Below, piece by piece: positions 1-9,744 of a stretch of 20,000 bases of DNA. The stretch lies in the IMG/VR virus record IMGVR_UViG_3300027734_000064. One strand, given 5' to 3'. The stretch is from an uncultured virus (IMG/VR IMGVR_UViG_3300027734_000064). Taxonomy: Duplodnaviria > Heunggongvirae > Uroviricota > Caudoviricetes > Crassvirales. Both the position numbers and the translations under genes were made by a program. The notes beneath the pieces were generated by a model. The model was not told the DNA's origin. It did not search any database and worked only from the letters and a program-made list of their open reading frames with translations. Every line of letters starts with the position of its first letter. Within the stretch, counting starts at the first letter, position 1.

Positions 1-1185
1 GCTGGTAGAACCTGCTGGTACTAACACACCGTTTACAACACCACCATTAAGACCACCACGCAAAGTAGCATCGTTAAGGTATTTCCAGTCAGTTTTGTAG
101 AACTCATAGCTACCACGTTTGAAGCCTTTGAAGCCCAAAGTTAATGCCATGTTCTCGTCATTGTCAAACAAACCAAAGCTTGTTCCACCTGCACCGTAGC
201 TGTTTTGAGCAGCCAACATATCATCAATATCCAAAGAGAATTGACGATTGATGAACAATGCGTTTTCTTGAATAGCTCCTTGTTTATCAAGACGTTGCAA
301 GATAGCATCAAAGTCAGCTAATGCAGTTGGGTTTCCACCGCCCCACACGTTACCACGGCTATTAACAACGTAGAATAAACCTTCAGAACCTTTATTTCCA
401 ACGTCACCAGTAGCTGCGATAGCACCAGAGTTAGCTTCAGCAGGAACTGCTTCAACCATAGACATTTCCAAATAGTCATCAAAACGTAAACGAGTTTCGT
501 GCTCTGATTTCAAATACCACAAGTAACCTGTAGCACCGTTCTCAGTAGTAACTTCTACCCATCCGATTTGAGCCATGTCAGAACCAGAAACTTCATATTT
601 GTCTTTGATAATGATTGGGCTGTTAGAGAAGATATCATCTTGTCCTTCCAAAGAACCAGTCATACCATTAGAACCTTTTTTGAATTCAGAACCGTAAACA
701 AATGCAGTAGATGCAGTTGATACAGGGATAGTTTGTCCACCACCAGCATAGTATGCTACAGTGAAAGTCAAACCACTAACAGCAGTGATAATTGCTTTGT
801 CACTTTGAGTTCCACCTGCATTTCTAGATAAGAATACAGTTTGACCAACTCTGAAGTTACAAGCAGTGATACCTGAGTCAGCTACAGTCCAAACAGCAGT
901 GTCATCACCAGCAGCACCAGCTGAAGTACAGCTAGAATACTTTGTGTGCAAACGACCTTGTTCAGCCCATTTGATTAAGTCGGAGTTACTTGGCATCTCT
1001 GCGCCGACCATACGCAAGAAAGATGCAATTGAACGATTACCGTATCTTTCAAATTCTTTTTCGTAAGTATCAGGAAGATACTGGTTCAAGAAGTTGAAGT
1101 TGGTAATGTAGTTAGTAGGCAATGTTGCCTTTACTGATGAGGGGGTTAATGCGAAACCCGGACTCGATAATACTGAACCAGCCAT
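1..1185 (-). CDS. Major capsid protein (partial, runs off left edge)
   Basis: Not in the ORF track. Open frame from ATG at 1185: MAGSVLSSPGFALTPSSVKATLPTNYITNFNFLNQYLPDTYEKEFERYGNRSIASFLRMVGAEMPSNSDLIKWAEQGRLH...DWKYLNDATLRGGLNGGVVNGVLVPAGSTS. It follows terminase-portal-scaffold, has strongly biased codon use and an A-rich leader, and resembles capsid proteins of aquatic Bacteroidota phages. Confidence 0.85.
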   Translation of the reverse strand, partial: MAGSVLSSPGFALTPSSVKATLPTNYITNFNFLNQYLPDTYEKEFERYGNRSIASFLRMVGAEMPSNSDLIKWAEQGRLHTKYSSCTSAGAAGDDTAVWTVADSGITACNFRVGQTVFLSRNAGGTQSDKAIITAVSGLTFTVAYYAGGGQTIPVSTASTAFVYGSEFKKGSNGMTGSLEGQDDIFSNSPIIIKDKYEVSGSDMAQIGWVEVTTENGATGYLWYLKSEHETRLRFDDYLEMSMVEAVPAEANSGAIAATGDVGNKGSEGLFYVVNSRGNVWGGGNPTALADFDAILQRLDKQGAIQENALFINRQFSLDIDDMLAAQNSYGAGGTSFGLFDNDENMALTLGFKGFKRGSYEFYKTDWKYLNDATLRGGLNGGVVNGVLVPAGSTS

Positions 1186-1207
1186 GTTTTTTTATTTTTT
1201 GTTTTTT

Positions 1208-2308
1208 TTATTTTTTGTTGCTTTTTATAACTAATCTATTGCCGTGGTCGTTGTCAAGAGAAGTTACCTTAAATCCACCTTTGCCCATATTTTCTGGTAC
1301 GGATCTTACACCTCCCATATCTATGTTCTTTGATTCCTTTGCAATTGTTTCTACTGCCTCAGCTTTTCCCTGATCGTAGAAATATTTTGCAAAACCCTCC
1401 GGATTTCTGGCAACTGCTATCGCCCTATGATACGCAGCCGGATCTTTCATGAAACCGTTATCATCTAAGAATGTCTTGATGAACTCGGTCAAATTAGATT
1501 GATCCTTCTTAATCGCTTCTGTCTCGCCTGGTTTGTAAACAAATTCATTATCTCCAACTTTAAATCCAAAACCTTTGAATTCATTAGAGAATAACTCGTC
1601 AGTTTTCTTGGCGAAATATTCAGCTCTTTCTCTCTGCGCCTGTTCAACTTCTTTGGCACTCTGGGCATATTGCTTAAAAGCGGTGTACTGATCTTTTTCT
1701 TCATCCGGAATCCCAGCACCTCTTGACTCAAGAGGAACTTTGTATTGGTCCTTCAGTTTGTTAAAGTAGTCCTTCGCTTTTGTAAGCTCTTGTTTGTGTG
1801 CTATTCGTTTCTTCTTAACATCCTTTTCATCGTCCATGTCTTCATCGTACTTAAACTTGTTCTCAAGTTCAAATGCAACTTCCTCATCGTCAAGTTCTGG
1901 GTTGTTTTGCTTGTAATAATCGAACAGCAACTTATTTGGGTCTTCGTTATCAATGTCTCTATTTACTTTATAGAAGTCATTAATGCCTCGACCTGTTTCC
2001 TTTTTGAACTTTAAAAACGCTGAGACATCCTCTGGTAACTCTTCAGTTTGATTTCTCTCTTGAAGCAAGTCATCCAAAGTATTAATCTCTTTGTTATACC
2101 TATTCTTAATAAAGGACAGAACGTCATTCTCTTCAAGTTCCCTTGGCTGTGCTTCTGGCACAACGATGGGCTCTTCAATTCTAACAGGCTCTTCAACCTG
2201 TTCTACTGGGTGCTGTTCTTCGTGCTTGGCTAGTAACTCCTGTTCGATTTCTTGAACAGATTTTTCTTCACCGAAACTCACAGCTTTTACTGATGTGAAA
2301 TTCTCCAT
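1208..2308 (-). CDS. Putative capsid scaffolding protein
   Basis: 366 aa, very acidic, with a Glu/Pro-rich N-terminus, helical/coiled-coil body and basic C-terminal tip. Lies between portal and capsid genes. Confidence 0.65.
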   Translation of the reverse strand: MENFTSVKAVSFGEEKSVQEIEQELLAKHEEQHPVEQVEEPVRIEEPIVVPEAQPRELEENDVLSFIKNRYNKEINTLDDLLQERNQTEELPEDVSAFLKFKKETGRGINDFYKVNRDIDNEDPNKLLFDYYKQNNPELDDEEVAFELENKFKYDEDMDDEKDVKKKRIAHKQELTKAKDYFNKLKDQYKVPLESRGAGIPDEEKDQYTAFKQYAQSAKEVEQAQRERAEYFAKKTDELFSNEFKGFGFKVGDNEFVYKPGETEAIKKDQSNLTEFIKTFLDDNGFMKDPAAYHRAIAVARNPEGFAKYFYDQGKAEAVETIAKESKNIDMGGVRSVPENMGKGGFKVTSLDNDHGNRLVIKSNKK

Positions 2309-2335
2309 ATATTTTATTTGATTAATTTTTCGCTA

Positions 2336-2343
2336 CAAAAATA
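2336..2343 (-). promoter_or_regulatory. Bacteroidota-type -7 promoter box (TATTTTTG) for scaffold-capsid genes
   Basis: Matches TAnnTTTG in the intergenic gap, 27 nt upstream of the ATG at 2308. Confidence 0.6.
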
Positions 2344-2350
2344 GTGATTT

Positions 2351-4783
2351 TTATTTTGGTTCAAATTGAGCCAAATCAAAACCATCTAAAGAGTCTTCGC
2401 TTGATTCAAAATCAATGGCTGGCAAGTCTTTCTTACGCTGCTCAATTAACTTTGATTGGTGTGTGCTTTGTATATCAATACGCTTATCCTTAGCCATTTC
2501 CTTTTGCTCGTCAATTGTCTTAGCGGCATTCACCTCTAAGCCTTTCAACTGCATATTCATCTCAAACTCCATTTGCATTAACTGCATTTTAAGTTGAGCT
2601 TCTTGCTTCATCTTCTCGATCTCAAACGCTGACTCGGCTTGCTTTAATTGCGCCTTCGCTTGGAATTCTGCCTGAACCTTTTGCAAGTTAGCTTGTGCTG
2701 CTGCCTGAGAAGACTGGATGTTTGACTGCGTTTGCATCTCCATCTTTTGTTTCTCACGGTCCATGTCTTGCTCTTGCTTCTTCCTGCGCTTTAACTTAAG
2801 AAGTTCATTTGCTAATTTAATATTGCGAATTTCACGAATATCAATAGCGTCTTCAAGATCAATCTGGTCACGTTGTAGCGACGCTTGGATGTTTGCCTCA
2901 AGCTGAGACTTCTCCTCTTCATCCGGAGATACTTCAATAAAGATACCAAAATCATGTAAGTATAAGTCTTTTACGTCTTCTAATACACCAACATTGTACT
3001 TACCAATTTGGTTTATAAACTCTTCTTTGAATTCTGAATACTCAAGCACATCAGAGATACGGCAAGACAATGCCTCCGCCAATCTCTTTGTAATGAATAA
3101 TGTTCCATCTAAGATATGTCTTGTTGCTGTGTTTGAATTAAGTGCAGCTAACTTCTGTACACCAACCAATGATCTTGAATCTGGCATAGAGCCGTCTCTC
3201 GCTTCGTTTAAGCCAGTTACGTCCCTAATCATACTCAAGTAATGATTGTACGAATTAATCAACGCTGTGATCTTCCCTTGGCCGCTATTTGAGTTTAGCT
3301 CTTGAATTGGAATCTTACCTTGGTTGAACTCGCCATCTTGATTGTAAGAACGACCAATTACACTACCCGTTTGGAAATATAACTTAAGCGCATCTTCTGG
3401 ATTGTAGTTTGCACCATTACCCAAGTCAACCTCATTCATACCATCGGCATCAATGTATACACCATCTGGCACAACTCTCGCAATAACTTGTTGTAGTTTA
3501 AGATGCGTAATTTGAATCAAATCAGCAAAAGTAATCATACGTCTAACCAATGACTCAATAACGCCTTTGTACATTCTTGGGGCCATTGCGATATAGTTAG
3601 GCAAAGCATACTGCGTAGCAGACTTTGGTCTAACCATGTTCTTACTGAGTTCCCACTTAAGCAAATAGCTTGAACCTAACACCATGATACCTTCGTACCA
3701 TACGTCAATTCTCTTTTCTATTTTCTCAAATCTTTCGTCAGTCCCAGTTGGTGGGTTAAAGTTTTCATCCTTGCGAATGATACGAGTACCACCATTATCC
3801 AAAAACTTCTTCTTGTAGACAAATTTCTTATCGGTTTTATAATTGAAATATAATAATGTTACGACATCTCTGTCGAACAATGTGTTTCTGTATGGCCTAA
3901 TAATGTTGTACTGCGTGAACCAGATACTACTTAATTTAGATATTTTGTCAAGCTCCTCCTTGGTAATGGTCGGGTCAATCTTAATCAACTCACCAATATG
4001 CACTTGCTTGATTTCTCCATAGTAGAAACAATCCTCAAATGTTGGAGACTCTGTGTATGAATAAACAACAGCAGCAGGATCAACGTACTCAACCCTAATG
4101 CCGGCTCCTGGTTGGAATGTATGCTTAACCATGCCGATACCCAAGACAGTCATATCATAATCAACACGTCTTTTAATTTCTTGGTATCTATTTTGCTCAA
4201 GCAATGTGTCAATTGCAATCTCTTCAGCAATCTCAATCGCAGGCTTGTAATTAAGCTGCATATGAAGATTAAGCTCCTGATCGTTCTCTGGCAAATCTTT
4301 AGGATTCGTATTGAAGGCATTGATACCAAATTGTTCTTGCGTTTGCACCAAGAAGTCTTTTGCTACCATATCCTTCTCGATCATCTCTTTGTAACCTGAA
4401 CGCTTGCCAGCAGCTAACTCATCTTGAGCAAATGCCTTTACTGCGTACATTCTGTCAGACATACCGTTAACAACGATATCTACAAACTTAGGGATAATTG
4501 GAACTGGCTCCCAGTTAAGATTCAAGTAAGATAAGTCACCGTCAACGGCTAACTCATCCTTGTACTTTTGTACAGGCTGTTCACCACGAGCGTATAGTCT
4601 TAGCTTATGAAACTCAATCCATTGGTTATAGAAACGACAAGAATTAGTATCTCTTCTAAACCATTCGTAAGAGATGGCTCGTCCCACTTTGATACCATAT
4701 TCCTTGGACGCTTTTTCTGCATCAGTAGCCAGCTGACTCGGAAATGATGTTGGGCTTATTAATTCTTGAGTTGTTTGATCCAT
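2351..4783 (-). CDS. Portal protein
   Basis: 810 aa, directly after the large terminase (TAATG overlap). Contains LNWEPVPIIPKFVDIVVNG and DVTGLNEARDG segments and a long Gln/Ala/Met coiled-coil C-terminus like P22-type portals. Confidence 0.85.
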   Translation of the reverse strand: MDQTTQELISPTSFPSQLATDAEKASKEYGIKVGRAISYEWFRRDTNSCRFYNQWIEFHKLRLYARGEQPVQKYKDELAVDGDLSYLNLNWEPVPIIPKFVDIVVNGMSDRMYAVKAFAQDELAAGKRSGYKEMIEKDMVAKDFLVQTQEQFGINAFNTNPKDLPENDQELNLHMQLNYKPAIEIAEEIAIDTLLEQNRYQEIKRRVDYDMTVLGIGMVKHTFQPGAGIRVEYVDPAAVVYSYTESPTFEDCFYYGEIKQVHIGELIKIDPTITKEELDKISKLSSIWFTQYNIIRPYRNTLFDRDVVTLLYFNYKTDKKFVYKKKFLDNGGTRIIRKDENFNPPTGTDERFEKIEKRIDVWYEGIMVLGSSYLLKWELSKNMVRPKSATQYALPNYIAMAPRMYKGVIESLVRRMITFADLIQITHLKLQQVIARVVPDGVYIDADGMNEVDLGNGANYNPEDALKLYFQTGSVIGRSYNQDGEFNQGKIPIQELNSNSGQGKITALINSYNHYLSMIRDVTGLNEARDGSMPDSRSLVGVQKLAALNSNTATRHILDGTLFITKRLAEALSCRISDVLEYSEFKEEFINQIGKYNVGVLEDVKDLYLHDFGIFIEVSPDEEEKSQLEANIQASLQRDQIDLEDAIDIREIRNIKLANELLKLKRRKKQEQDMDREKQKMEMQTQSNIQSSQAAAQANLQKVQAEFQAKAQLKQAESAFEIEKMKQEAQLKMQLMQMEFEMNMQLKGLEVNAAKTIDEQKEMAKDKRIDIQSTHQSKLIEQRKKDLPAIDFESSEDSLDGFDLAQFEPK

Positions 4784-6996
4784 TATTTGTCTATTATCCT
4801 GCTATTATACCCTTCGTTCTGGTATCTCGCAAATTTAATGCTTATTTTTGATTCTTTTTTTTCTGGCACATATAAGTGCTTTTGGTTCGCCATTATCGCT
4901 AAACCACTGCTAATTGTTGCGTCAAATTTAGTTCTATTGTTGATATCAAACCTTGCCCAGTCCTCAAGTGTTCTCGTGAAATACATCGATCCCATCTCGT
5001 CAGAGTCTCTGTACACATTCTCAAAGTCTATGCCAACGTGCTTTTCAATGTACGTCTCAATAGCGGACGCGTGTGCTTGCTTCACGTCCTCAGATGAGTT
5101 AGGTATTCCACCGATCTCTTTCTCTGTCTTAGAGAGCTTGTGAGTGGGCTTATCTGGTCTATTTAATGCAAAGTTTCTGTAGCCCCTGTTCTTGAAGTGA
5201 TATAGTAGCCTTGGCTTGTTATTCTCCACAAGCACCGGCATACCATAGAACACACACGCCATCAATACCTCCTCGAAGAATATCTCTGCCGTCTGTGGCC
5301 TTGCCACGTACTCTAAGAAGAATTGGTTGCTTGGCGCATCCTCCATACTGAACTTCGTCATGCCATGGAGCGATCCGTTAGATCCACCTCCACCCACAAC
5401 ACCTGAGATGTCATAAGGGTCACATCCAAACGCGCCAAGGTGCTCATTACCAGGATAGAACAAACTACCCCTTTTAATAAAGTTATTTCTTAAATTCTCT
5501 GGTGGAACCCACGACACAAGGAACCGACCCTTATTGTCTGGTGTCCAAACAACTTGACTGTCTTTCACACCATCTCTCCAATGGAAGTAACCTCTTGTGA
5601 GAACTCTGTCCTTGATCAATGAGTCATTGTAGTCAATCTGCTGATATATCTTCGTAAGATTGAACAACGATGCTTTGCTCTCATCCCTGAACGCGTGTGA
5701 TTCTGTGCGTGGGAACTGCCTGTAAAATTCATTCAATGAGTCTGAGTCGCTTTTTAAAGACGCAACCTCATTGTTCCAGTACTCAATTACACCAATCTTA
5801 ATCATTCTGCCATCAATACCTTTGATAGGCTTAGATGGCGTATTAAACACCGGGTGACCATACTCGTCAATATACCCCTCGAAGTTCCATTCCATTGGAA
5901 TAAATAATGAATACAGGCCACTCTTTGTTTGCCCGTTCTCATTCTTCTTCCTTGGATCAGAGTCTTCGTATAATTTCTTAAAGTTAGAACCACCCTTATC
6001 AAGCGCATTCGATGTAGAACCCATCATACACTTACCAATGATCCGGCTACCCAAACGCAAACACGTCTTGGTTACACGCCAGTTGTTCTGTATGTTGTTA
6101 GGAGCAAGCCATTTACCGCTCTCATCCTGGATGAGCATCCGTAATTTTTCTCCGTCATAACTGTTGTCACCTGTGTTCTTCCAGTCAATCGTGGTATTAA
6201 GACCCTCTAAGTGATCCTCCTCAGCCTTAGCAATACTCTTTCTTGTGAACTTAGATGCCGGCACACGATACGCAAGCTCAGTCTTTGGCTTGTCCATACC
6301 ATCTTGTATTGGCTTAAAAAAGAATGGATAGCTCAAAGATATATTCACGACCTTGTCTGTAAACATTTTCTTTGCATCATCTCCCGTCTTTGATAAGATA
6401 CCAAACCTGGCATCCTTAGTAATTGTCGCTTGGTTGACCATCTCAGAGCTACTCATGAATGAGAAACCTGAACGTCTATTCTTTAGATAGCACATACCAA
6501 AGCACCTGTCGTCAGCCTTACACGCCTCCCAGAATATAAAGAATATCCTGTTACTCTCACGGAAATCAGGTAGACCAACGTCTATCTTGCTCCACTGCAA
6601 GTACATATAATGTGTGCCGGTGATATATGTCGGGATACTATTATTGACAAACCAGAAGCCATTATCTCTACGATTGAACTCTTGGTCTATATAGTCATCC
6701 CATTTAGCTTTGAACTTGTTATCAGTTCTGTCCCAATCAAAGATTGTCTTAATTTTTTGTAATTCTCTAGGATACTCAACAACTTCCCAGTGATTACTTC
6801 TATTCTCAACCTCTTCAGGCTTTGCTGGCAAGGCTATGTTAACACCATTAATGTTATATATCTCACCAATGGTTCCATCTTTTGATATAATGACAACGTC
6901 ATATTTATCATTGTGGCCATACTTCCAGCTATTTGTAAGGTTACCTTTCTCGATAACCTTCGCACTAATAATATCTTTCTCAATTGTGTATAGCAT
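4783..6996 (-). CDS. terL: Terminase large subunit
   Basis: Walker A-like KNRRSGFS, Walker B LIQDESGKW, coupling motif GSTSN, and RNase H-like nuclease motifs FGCDPYD, VENN and FDATISSG. Confidence 0.9.
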   Translation of the reverse strand: MLYTIEKDIISAKVIEKGNLTNSWKYGHNDKYDVVIISKDGTIGEIYNINGVNIALPAKPEEVENRSNHWEVVEYPRELQKIKTIFDWDRTDNKFKAKWDDYIDQEFNRRDNGFWFVNNSIPTYITGTHYMYLQWSKIDVGLPDFRESNRIFFIFWEACKADDRCFGMCYLKNRRSGFSFMSSSEMVNQATITKDARFGILSKTGDDAKKMFTDKVVNISLSYPFFFKPIQDGMDKPKTELAYRVPASKFTRKSIAKAEEDHLEGLNTTIDWKNTGDNSYDGEKLRMLIQDESGKWLAPNNIQNNWRVTKTCLRLGSRIIGKCMMGSTSNALDKGGSNFKKLYEDSDPRKKNENGQTKSGLYSLFIPMEWNFEGYIDEYGHPVFNTPSKPIKGIDGRMIKIGVIEYWNNEVASLKSDSDSLNEFYRQFPRTESHAFRDESKASLFNLTKIYQQIDYNDSLIKDRVLTRGYFHWRDGVKDSQVVWTPDNKGRFLVSWVPPENLRNNFIKRGSLFYPGNEHLGAFGCDPYDISGVVGGGGSNGSLHGMTKFSMEDAPSNQFFLEYVARPQTAEIFFEEVLMACVFYGMPVLVENNKPRLLYHFKNRGYRNFALNRPDKPTHKLSKTEKEIGGIPNSSEDVKQAHASAIETYIEKHVGIDFENVYRDSDEMGSMYFTRTLEDWARFDINNRTKFDATISSGLAIMANQKHLYVPEKKESKISIKFARYQNEGYNSRIIDK
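4827..4837 (-). promoter_or_regulatory. Possible internal promoter for portal (TAAATTTGCGA)
   Basis: TAnnTTTG box inside the terL 3' end. The 11-mer is identical to the one upstream of groEL (15805-15815). Confidence 0.4.
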
Positions 6997-7265
6997 TATT
7001 TGCCCCTTCTCTCAGCAAAGCCACCTTTTTTCTCTTGGATGTGTACGTTGCCCGTGATCATGTTACGCTCTTCTTCTATCCTTGATAGGATCTCGAACGC
7101 ATCAAAGATAGCCAACTTCTTGGTTGCTGCTGCATTTTTTAATTTGTCAGCAGACACATCCCCCTCATCACCTGTCAAGATTTGCTCTTCAGCAACCTTA
7201 ATAAGTTCTTTGATAGCCATCTCGCCTGCCTTGATTATTTTTAATTTATATTCTTCAGTTGTCAT
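6996..7265 (-). CDS. Putative terminase small subunit
   Basis: Small helical protein immediately upstream of terL. The start at 7265 is preferred because it forms an ATGA overlap with the upstream stop. Confidence 0.6.
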   Translation of the reverse strand: MTTEEYKLKIIKAGEMAIKELIKVAEEQILTGDEGDVSADKLKNAAATKKLAIFDAFEILSRIEEERNMITGNVHIQEKKGGFAERRGK

Positions 7266-7813
7266 AATACGATGCAAATATTTCTTTCAAACATTCTGTA
7301 CAGTTTTTTTCCGTCAATATCAAACCTGTACTCTGTGTCAGGCTGATACGACACCAATGTGCCAGCAGGGATATCAATAGCATCACTAATGTATGCGAGC
7401 TTACCAATCAATGGCTGCTCTACGCCAACCTCAAATACAGACAGATCCTTTTGCTTCTCAATTGGCTCCACAAAGCAATAAGGCGAGTGGGCCATCCATT
7501 CACTATCATTCTTTTTGTATAGGAAGAACTGATCGAAATCTACAATGTATAAATTATCTTTAAGGTGCGACATTGATTTGCGCTCCTTACCCTTCATGTC
7601 ATAATAGCTTCTAAATACATTGTGGTGAACGACAAGCGTATCGCCTGCCTCAATTGGACCATCATAGCCAATTGGTGTATTAATTACTGTAGCGAACCTA
7701 TTGGTGGCCTTATGGTCTTCTTTTGATGTGCTAATAATTAGCCCACTCTCCCTAACATTGTCGTAAGATTTACCACCAACCGGTTCTACAATAAAGTAGA
7801 ACGGGGATCTCAT
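7262..7813 (-). CDS. Tandem two-domain GroES-like (co-chaperonin fold) protein
   Basis: Domain 1: YFIVEP...ESGLII...ATVINTP...IEAGDTLVV. Domain 2: YCFVEPIE...GKLAY...IPAGTLVSY...YRFDIDGKKLYRMFERNICIVL. Both follow the Cpn10 strand pattern. Confidence 0.65.
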   Translation of the reverse strand: MRSPFYFIVEPVGGKSYDNVRESGLIISTSKEDHKATNRFATVINTPIGYDGPIEAGDTLVVHHNVFRSYYDMKGKERKSMSHLKDNLYIVDFDQFFLYKKNDSEWMAHSPYCFVEPIEKQKDLSVFEVGVEQPLIGKLAYISDAIDIPAGTLVSYQPDTEYRFDIDGKKLYRMFERNICIVL

Positions 7814-8034
7814 TATATAAAGTTTATATTAAATTCAATTGATACAGGCATACTATATGTGAACTTCTTCCACAATAATATCTCTCTATCTTTCTCGATG
7901 TATATTAAAATAGCGCCATCCTTATCAGATACAATCTGATGCACGATATGGCTGCCATCCAATACTGACTGACCTACAACGTAGTTCATTGCGTTCTTGT
8001 AGTCAGTACCAACTGCTATCTTTCTGATTATCAT
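7813..8034 (-). CDS. Hypothetical phage protein (MIIRKIAVGTDYKNAMNYVVGQ...)
   Basis: The true start is probably the ATG at 8034 (ATGA overlap with the upstream gene). The stop overlaps the next start. Confidence 0.7.
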   Translation of the reverse strand: MIIRKIAVGTDYKNAMNYVVGQSVLDGSHIVHQIVSDKDGAILIYIEKDREILLWKKFTYSMPVSIEFNINFI

Positions 8035-8285
8035 ATAACAAGCACCCATCCGGATGTCTTTTTGATATACAGGTTCTCTGTGTCTGCTTGGAAACACAAA
8101 GCACCTGGGCTAACAGTTAACGCAGTTCTTGCAGCAGTATTCGCTACACTGAATGTATTTTTGTACACATAGTCTCTAAGTGTAGACAATTGAATGTTTA
8201 CTGTAGATGAATCAGCATTTGAAGACAACAATAATTCTGTGCCTGTAAGATCTGTATCTTTTGCGTAACTTGATATTTTAGCCAT
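8031..8285 (-). CDS. Hypothetical, possibly virion structural protein
   Basis: 84 aa. The MAKISSY...LTGTELLL start and GALCFQADTENLYIK..GW end resemble fibre-type anchor motifs. Coupled to its neighbours. Confidence 0.6.
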   Translation of the reverse strand: MAKISSYAKDTDLTGTELLLSSNADSSTVNIQLSTLRDYVYKNTFSVANTAARTALTVSPGALCFQADTENLYIKKTSGWVLVI

Positions 8286-8541
8286 TTTTATATTCTCCTG
8301 TGTGTAAGTCTATTGTTATGTCGCCATATTCCTGCGACAATTCATGCTGAAACGATTGTAGGTCCTTTGCAACACCTTCAATTCTCTCAATAAATTCTTT
8401 CTTTGCTACGTCCGCACTTTCCATCTGAGCTCTTGCTCTTGAGATTTGGATTTCTACGTCTGCAATCGAGTCCTTTAAATATCGTAAATCACGATTTAAA
8501 GCAACTAACTTTTCTAATTGGTCTTCTTTGATTTTATTCAT
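8278..8541 (-). CDS. Coiled-coil hypothetical protein
   Basis: 87 aa with a heptad pattern, ending EYGDITIDLHTGEY. Overlaps both neighbours. Confidence 0.7.
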   Translation of the reverse strand: MNKIKEDQLEKLVALNRDLRYLKDSIADVEIQISRARAQMESADVAKKEFIERIEGVAKDLQSFQHELSQEYGDITIDLHTGEYKNG

Positions 8542-8933
8542 TTTAATAATTTATATAGTATGATTGCTAAGATAACCAACAGTACAAGGGGTAAACCCTT
8601 ATACAGATACTTGCTATCTTGATATTCAATTACCTTGTATGGCACTCTGTCATGCGTCACAACCCTTATTGTGTCAGGCTTGACAGTTGCCTTAAAGTAT
8701 ATTTTCTTTTCTTTAACGATGAACTTCAGCTTTAATACTGTGTCCTCGTATGTCATTGTGTCCGTGATGTAAAAACTATCGGTGTGGTTGTACTCCTCAG
8801 TTATTACCGTAGTATCATGCACAATAACTTTTTCTTTATTGAATAGTGTTGGATCCTTCTTAAGCGCACGGTTTAAGTGCCACTCAGCGGAGCATGATGT
8901 GAGTAATAATATGAGGAGTAATGACCTTAGCAC
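8538..8933 (-). CDS. Lipoprotein with C-terminal TM helix; unimolecular spanin-like
   Basis: GTG start, signal peptide with lipobox LLLTS-C, beta-rich Thr/Asp/Val middle, and C-terminal GLPLVLLVILAIILY followed by KLLK. Confidence 0.6.
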   Translation of the reverse strand: MLRSLLLILLLTSCSAEWHLNRALKKDPTLFNKEKVIVHDTTVITEEYNHTDSFYITDTMTYEDTVLKLKFIVKEKKIYFKATVKPDTIRVVTHDRVPYKVIEYQDSKYLYKGLPLVLLVILAIILYKLLK

Positions 8934-9037
8934 TTCTTTGAGTTCTTTGCAACAGGGTTGTTTGTTGTTCCTGGCTTTGCCTTAGATGTCATCTTTTTAG
9001 GTGCTGCCGGCTTGGTGTTTTTAATGGTAATTGCCAT
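8927..9037 (-). CDS. Lys-rich microprotein (36 aa)
   Basis: Read directly: MAITIKNTKPAAPKKMTSKAKPGTTNNPVAKNSKKC. Fills the gap between its neighbours. Confidence 0.65.
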   Translation of the reverse strand: MAITIKNTKPAAPKKMTSKAKPGTTNNPVAKNSKKC

Positions 9038-9039
9038 GA

Positions 9040-9231
9040 TTATTTTTTTGCTGCGTTTTTAAACATCATTTTAGCTGCGGTAGCTTTACCTACTGCAACA
9101 GCCTTCTTAGCAGGCATACCTTTTTTCTCATAGCTTTTAGCTACGCTCTCAGCCATAGGTGCAAAGTTTTTACCCTTTTTCCCGATGTCTTTACCAGCAA
9201 CGGCTTTCTTTACGATTGTAGATTTTTTCAT
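9040..9231 (-). CDS. Lys/Ala-rich basic microprotein
   Basis: 63 aa, preceded by a TATCTTTG box at 9240-9247. Confidence 0.7.
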   Translation of the reverse strand: MKKSTIVKKAVAGKDIGKKGKNFAPMAESVAKSYEKKGMPAKKAVAVGKATAAKMMFKNAAKK

Positions 9232-9239
9232 ATTGCTTT

Positions 9240-9247
9240 CAAAGATA
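9240..9247 (-). promoter_or_regulatory. -7 promoter box TATCTTTG
   Basis: Intergenic, 8 nt upstream of the ATG at 9231. Confidence 0.6.
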
Positions 9248-9258
9248 GTTATTTTTCA

Positions 9259-9456
9259 TTAATCTACACTAGCAATAATACCATTTGTAATACGCAAGTT
9301 TTGTTGACCAGGAGGATTTGTTGGTACGGTGAATGTGCCAGTGTATCCTATAGGTACGCTATCTATCAGCCTATGAAGCGTCTTAAGTATCCAGTCAATT
9401 GACATTGGGACGCTGACACTATACTCGTTAAAATTTTTAGGTGGTCTTAAGATCAT
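9259..9456 (-). CDS. Hypothetical protein
   Basis: 65 aa. The C-terminal GYTGTFTV...LRITNGII is reminiscent of beta-strand spike/fibre tips. Has its own promoter box. Confidence 0.65.
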   Translation of the reverse strand: MILRPPKNFNEYSVSVPMSIDWILKTLHRLIDSVPIGYTGTFTVPTNPPGQQNLRITNGIIASVD

Positions 9457-9460
9457 GCCA

Positions 9461-9468
9461 CAAAGATA
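9461..9468 (-). promoter_or_regulatory. -7 promoter box TATCTTTG
   Basis: 4 nt upstream of the ATG at 9456. Confidence 0.6.
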
Positions 9469-9744
9469 CTACTTCTTTGTTGACTTATTGTTGGAGCCGT
9501 TGCGAGCTCTGTTCGTTTTTGTCTTCTCAATCACAACCGATCCGTCCTTCTTGTGGCTGAGATCAATACCCTTAGATGCTCGCTTACCATAGATGCCACG
9601 TTGGTGCGCTTCTTTGTTAAGCTCTTCACGATACTTCACGCGAGAAGGAGATGCCTGATACGCTTTGTCGTATGAGTAATCTCTGCCAGTAGCTTTGTTG
9701 CTACCCGGTCTACTATTCTTCGCTACTATTTTGTTTTTTGGCAT
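9469..9744 (-). CDS. Small basic protein with minimal His-Me-finger (HNH-like) motif
   Basis: 91 aa, with the GIDLSHKKDG..VIEKTKTNRARNG pattern seen in small phage HNH-like proteins. Confidence 0.5.
   Translation of the reverse strand: MPKNKIVAKNSRPGSNKATGRDYSYDKAYQASPSRVKYREELNKEAHQRGIYGKRASKGIDLSHKKDGSVVIEKTKTNRARNGSNNKSTKK

Noticed and set aside
866..7380. Many short plus-strand and alternate-frame ORFs in the track (e.g. 866-1066, 1122-1373, 1745-2014, 4766-5143, 7000-7380)
   Set aside because: They are shadows of the long, motif-bearing minus-strand genes and show no recognisable protein signal.
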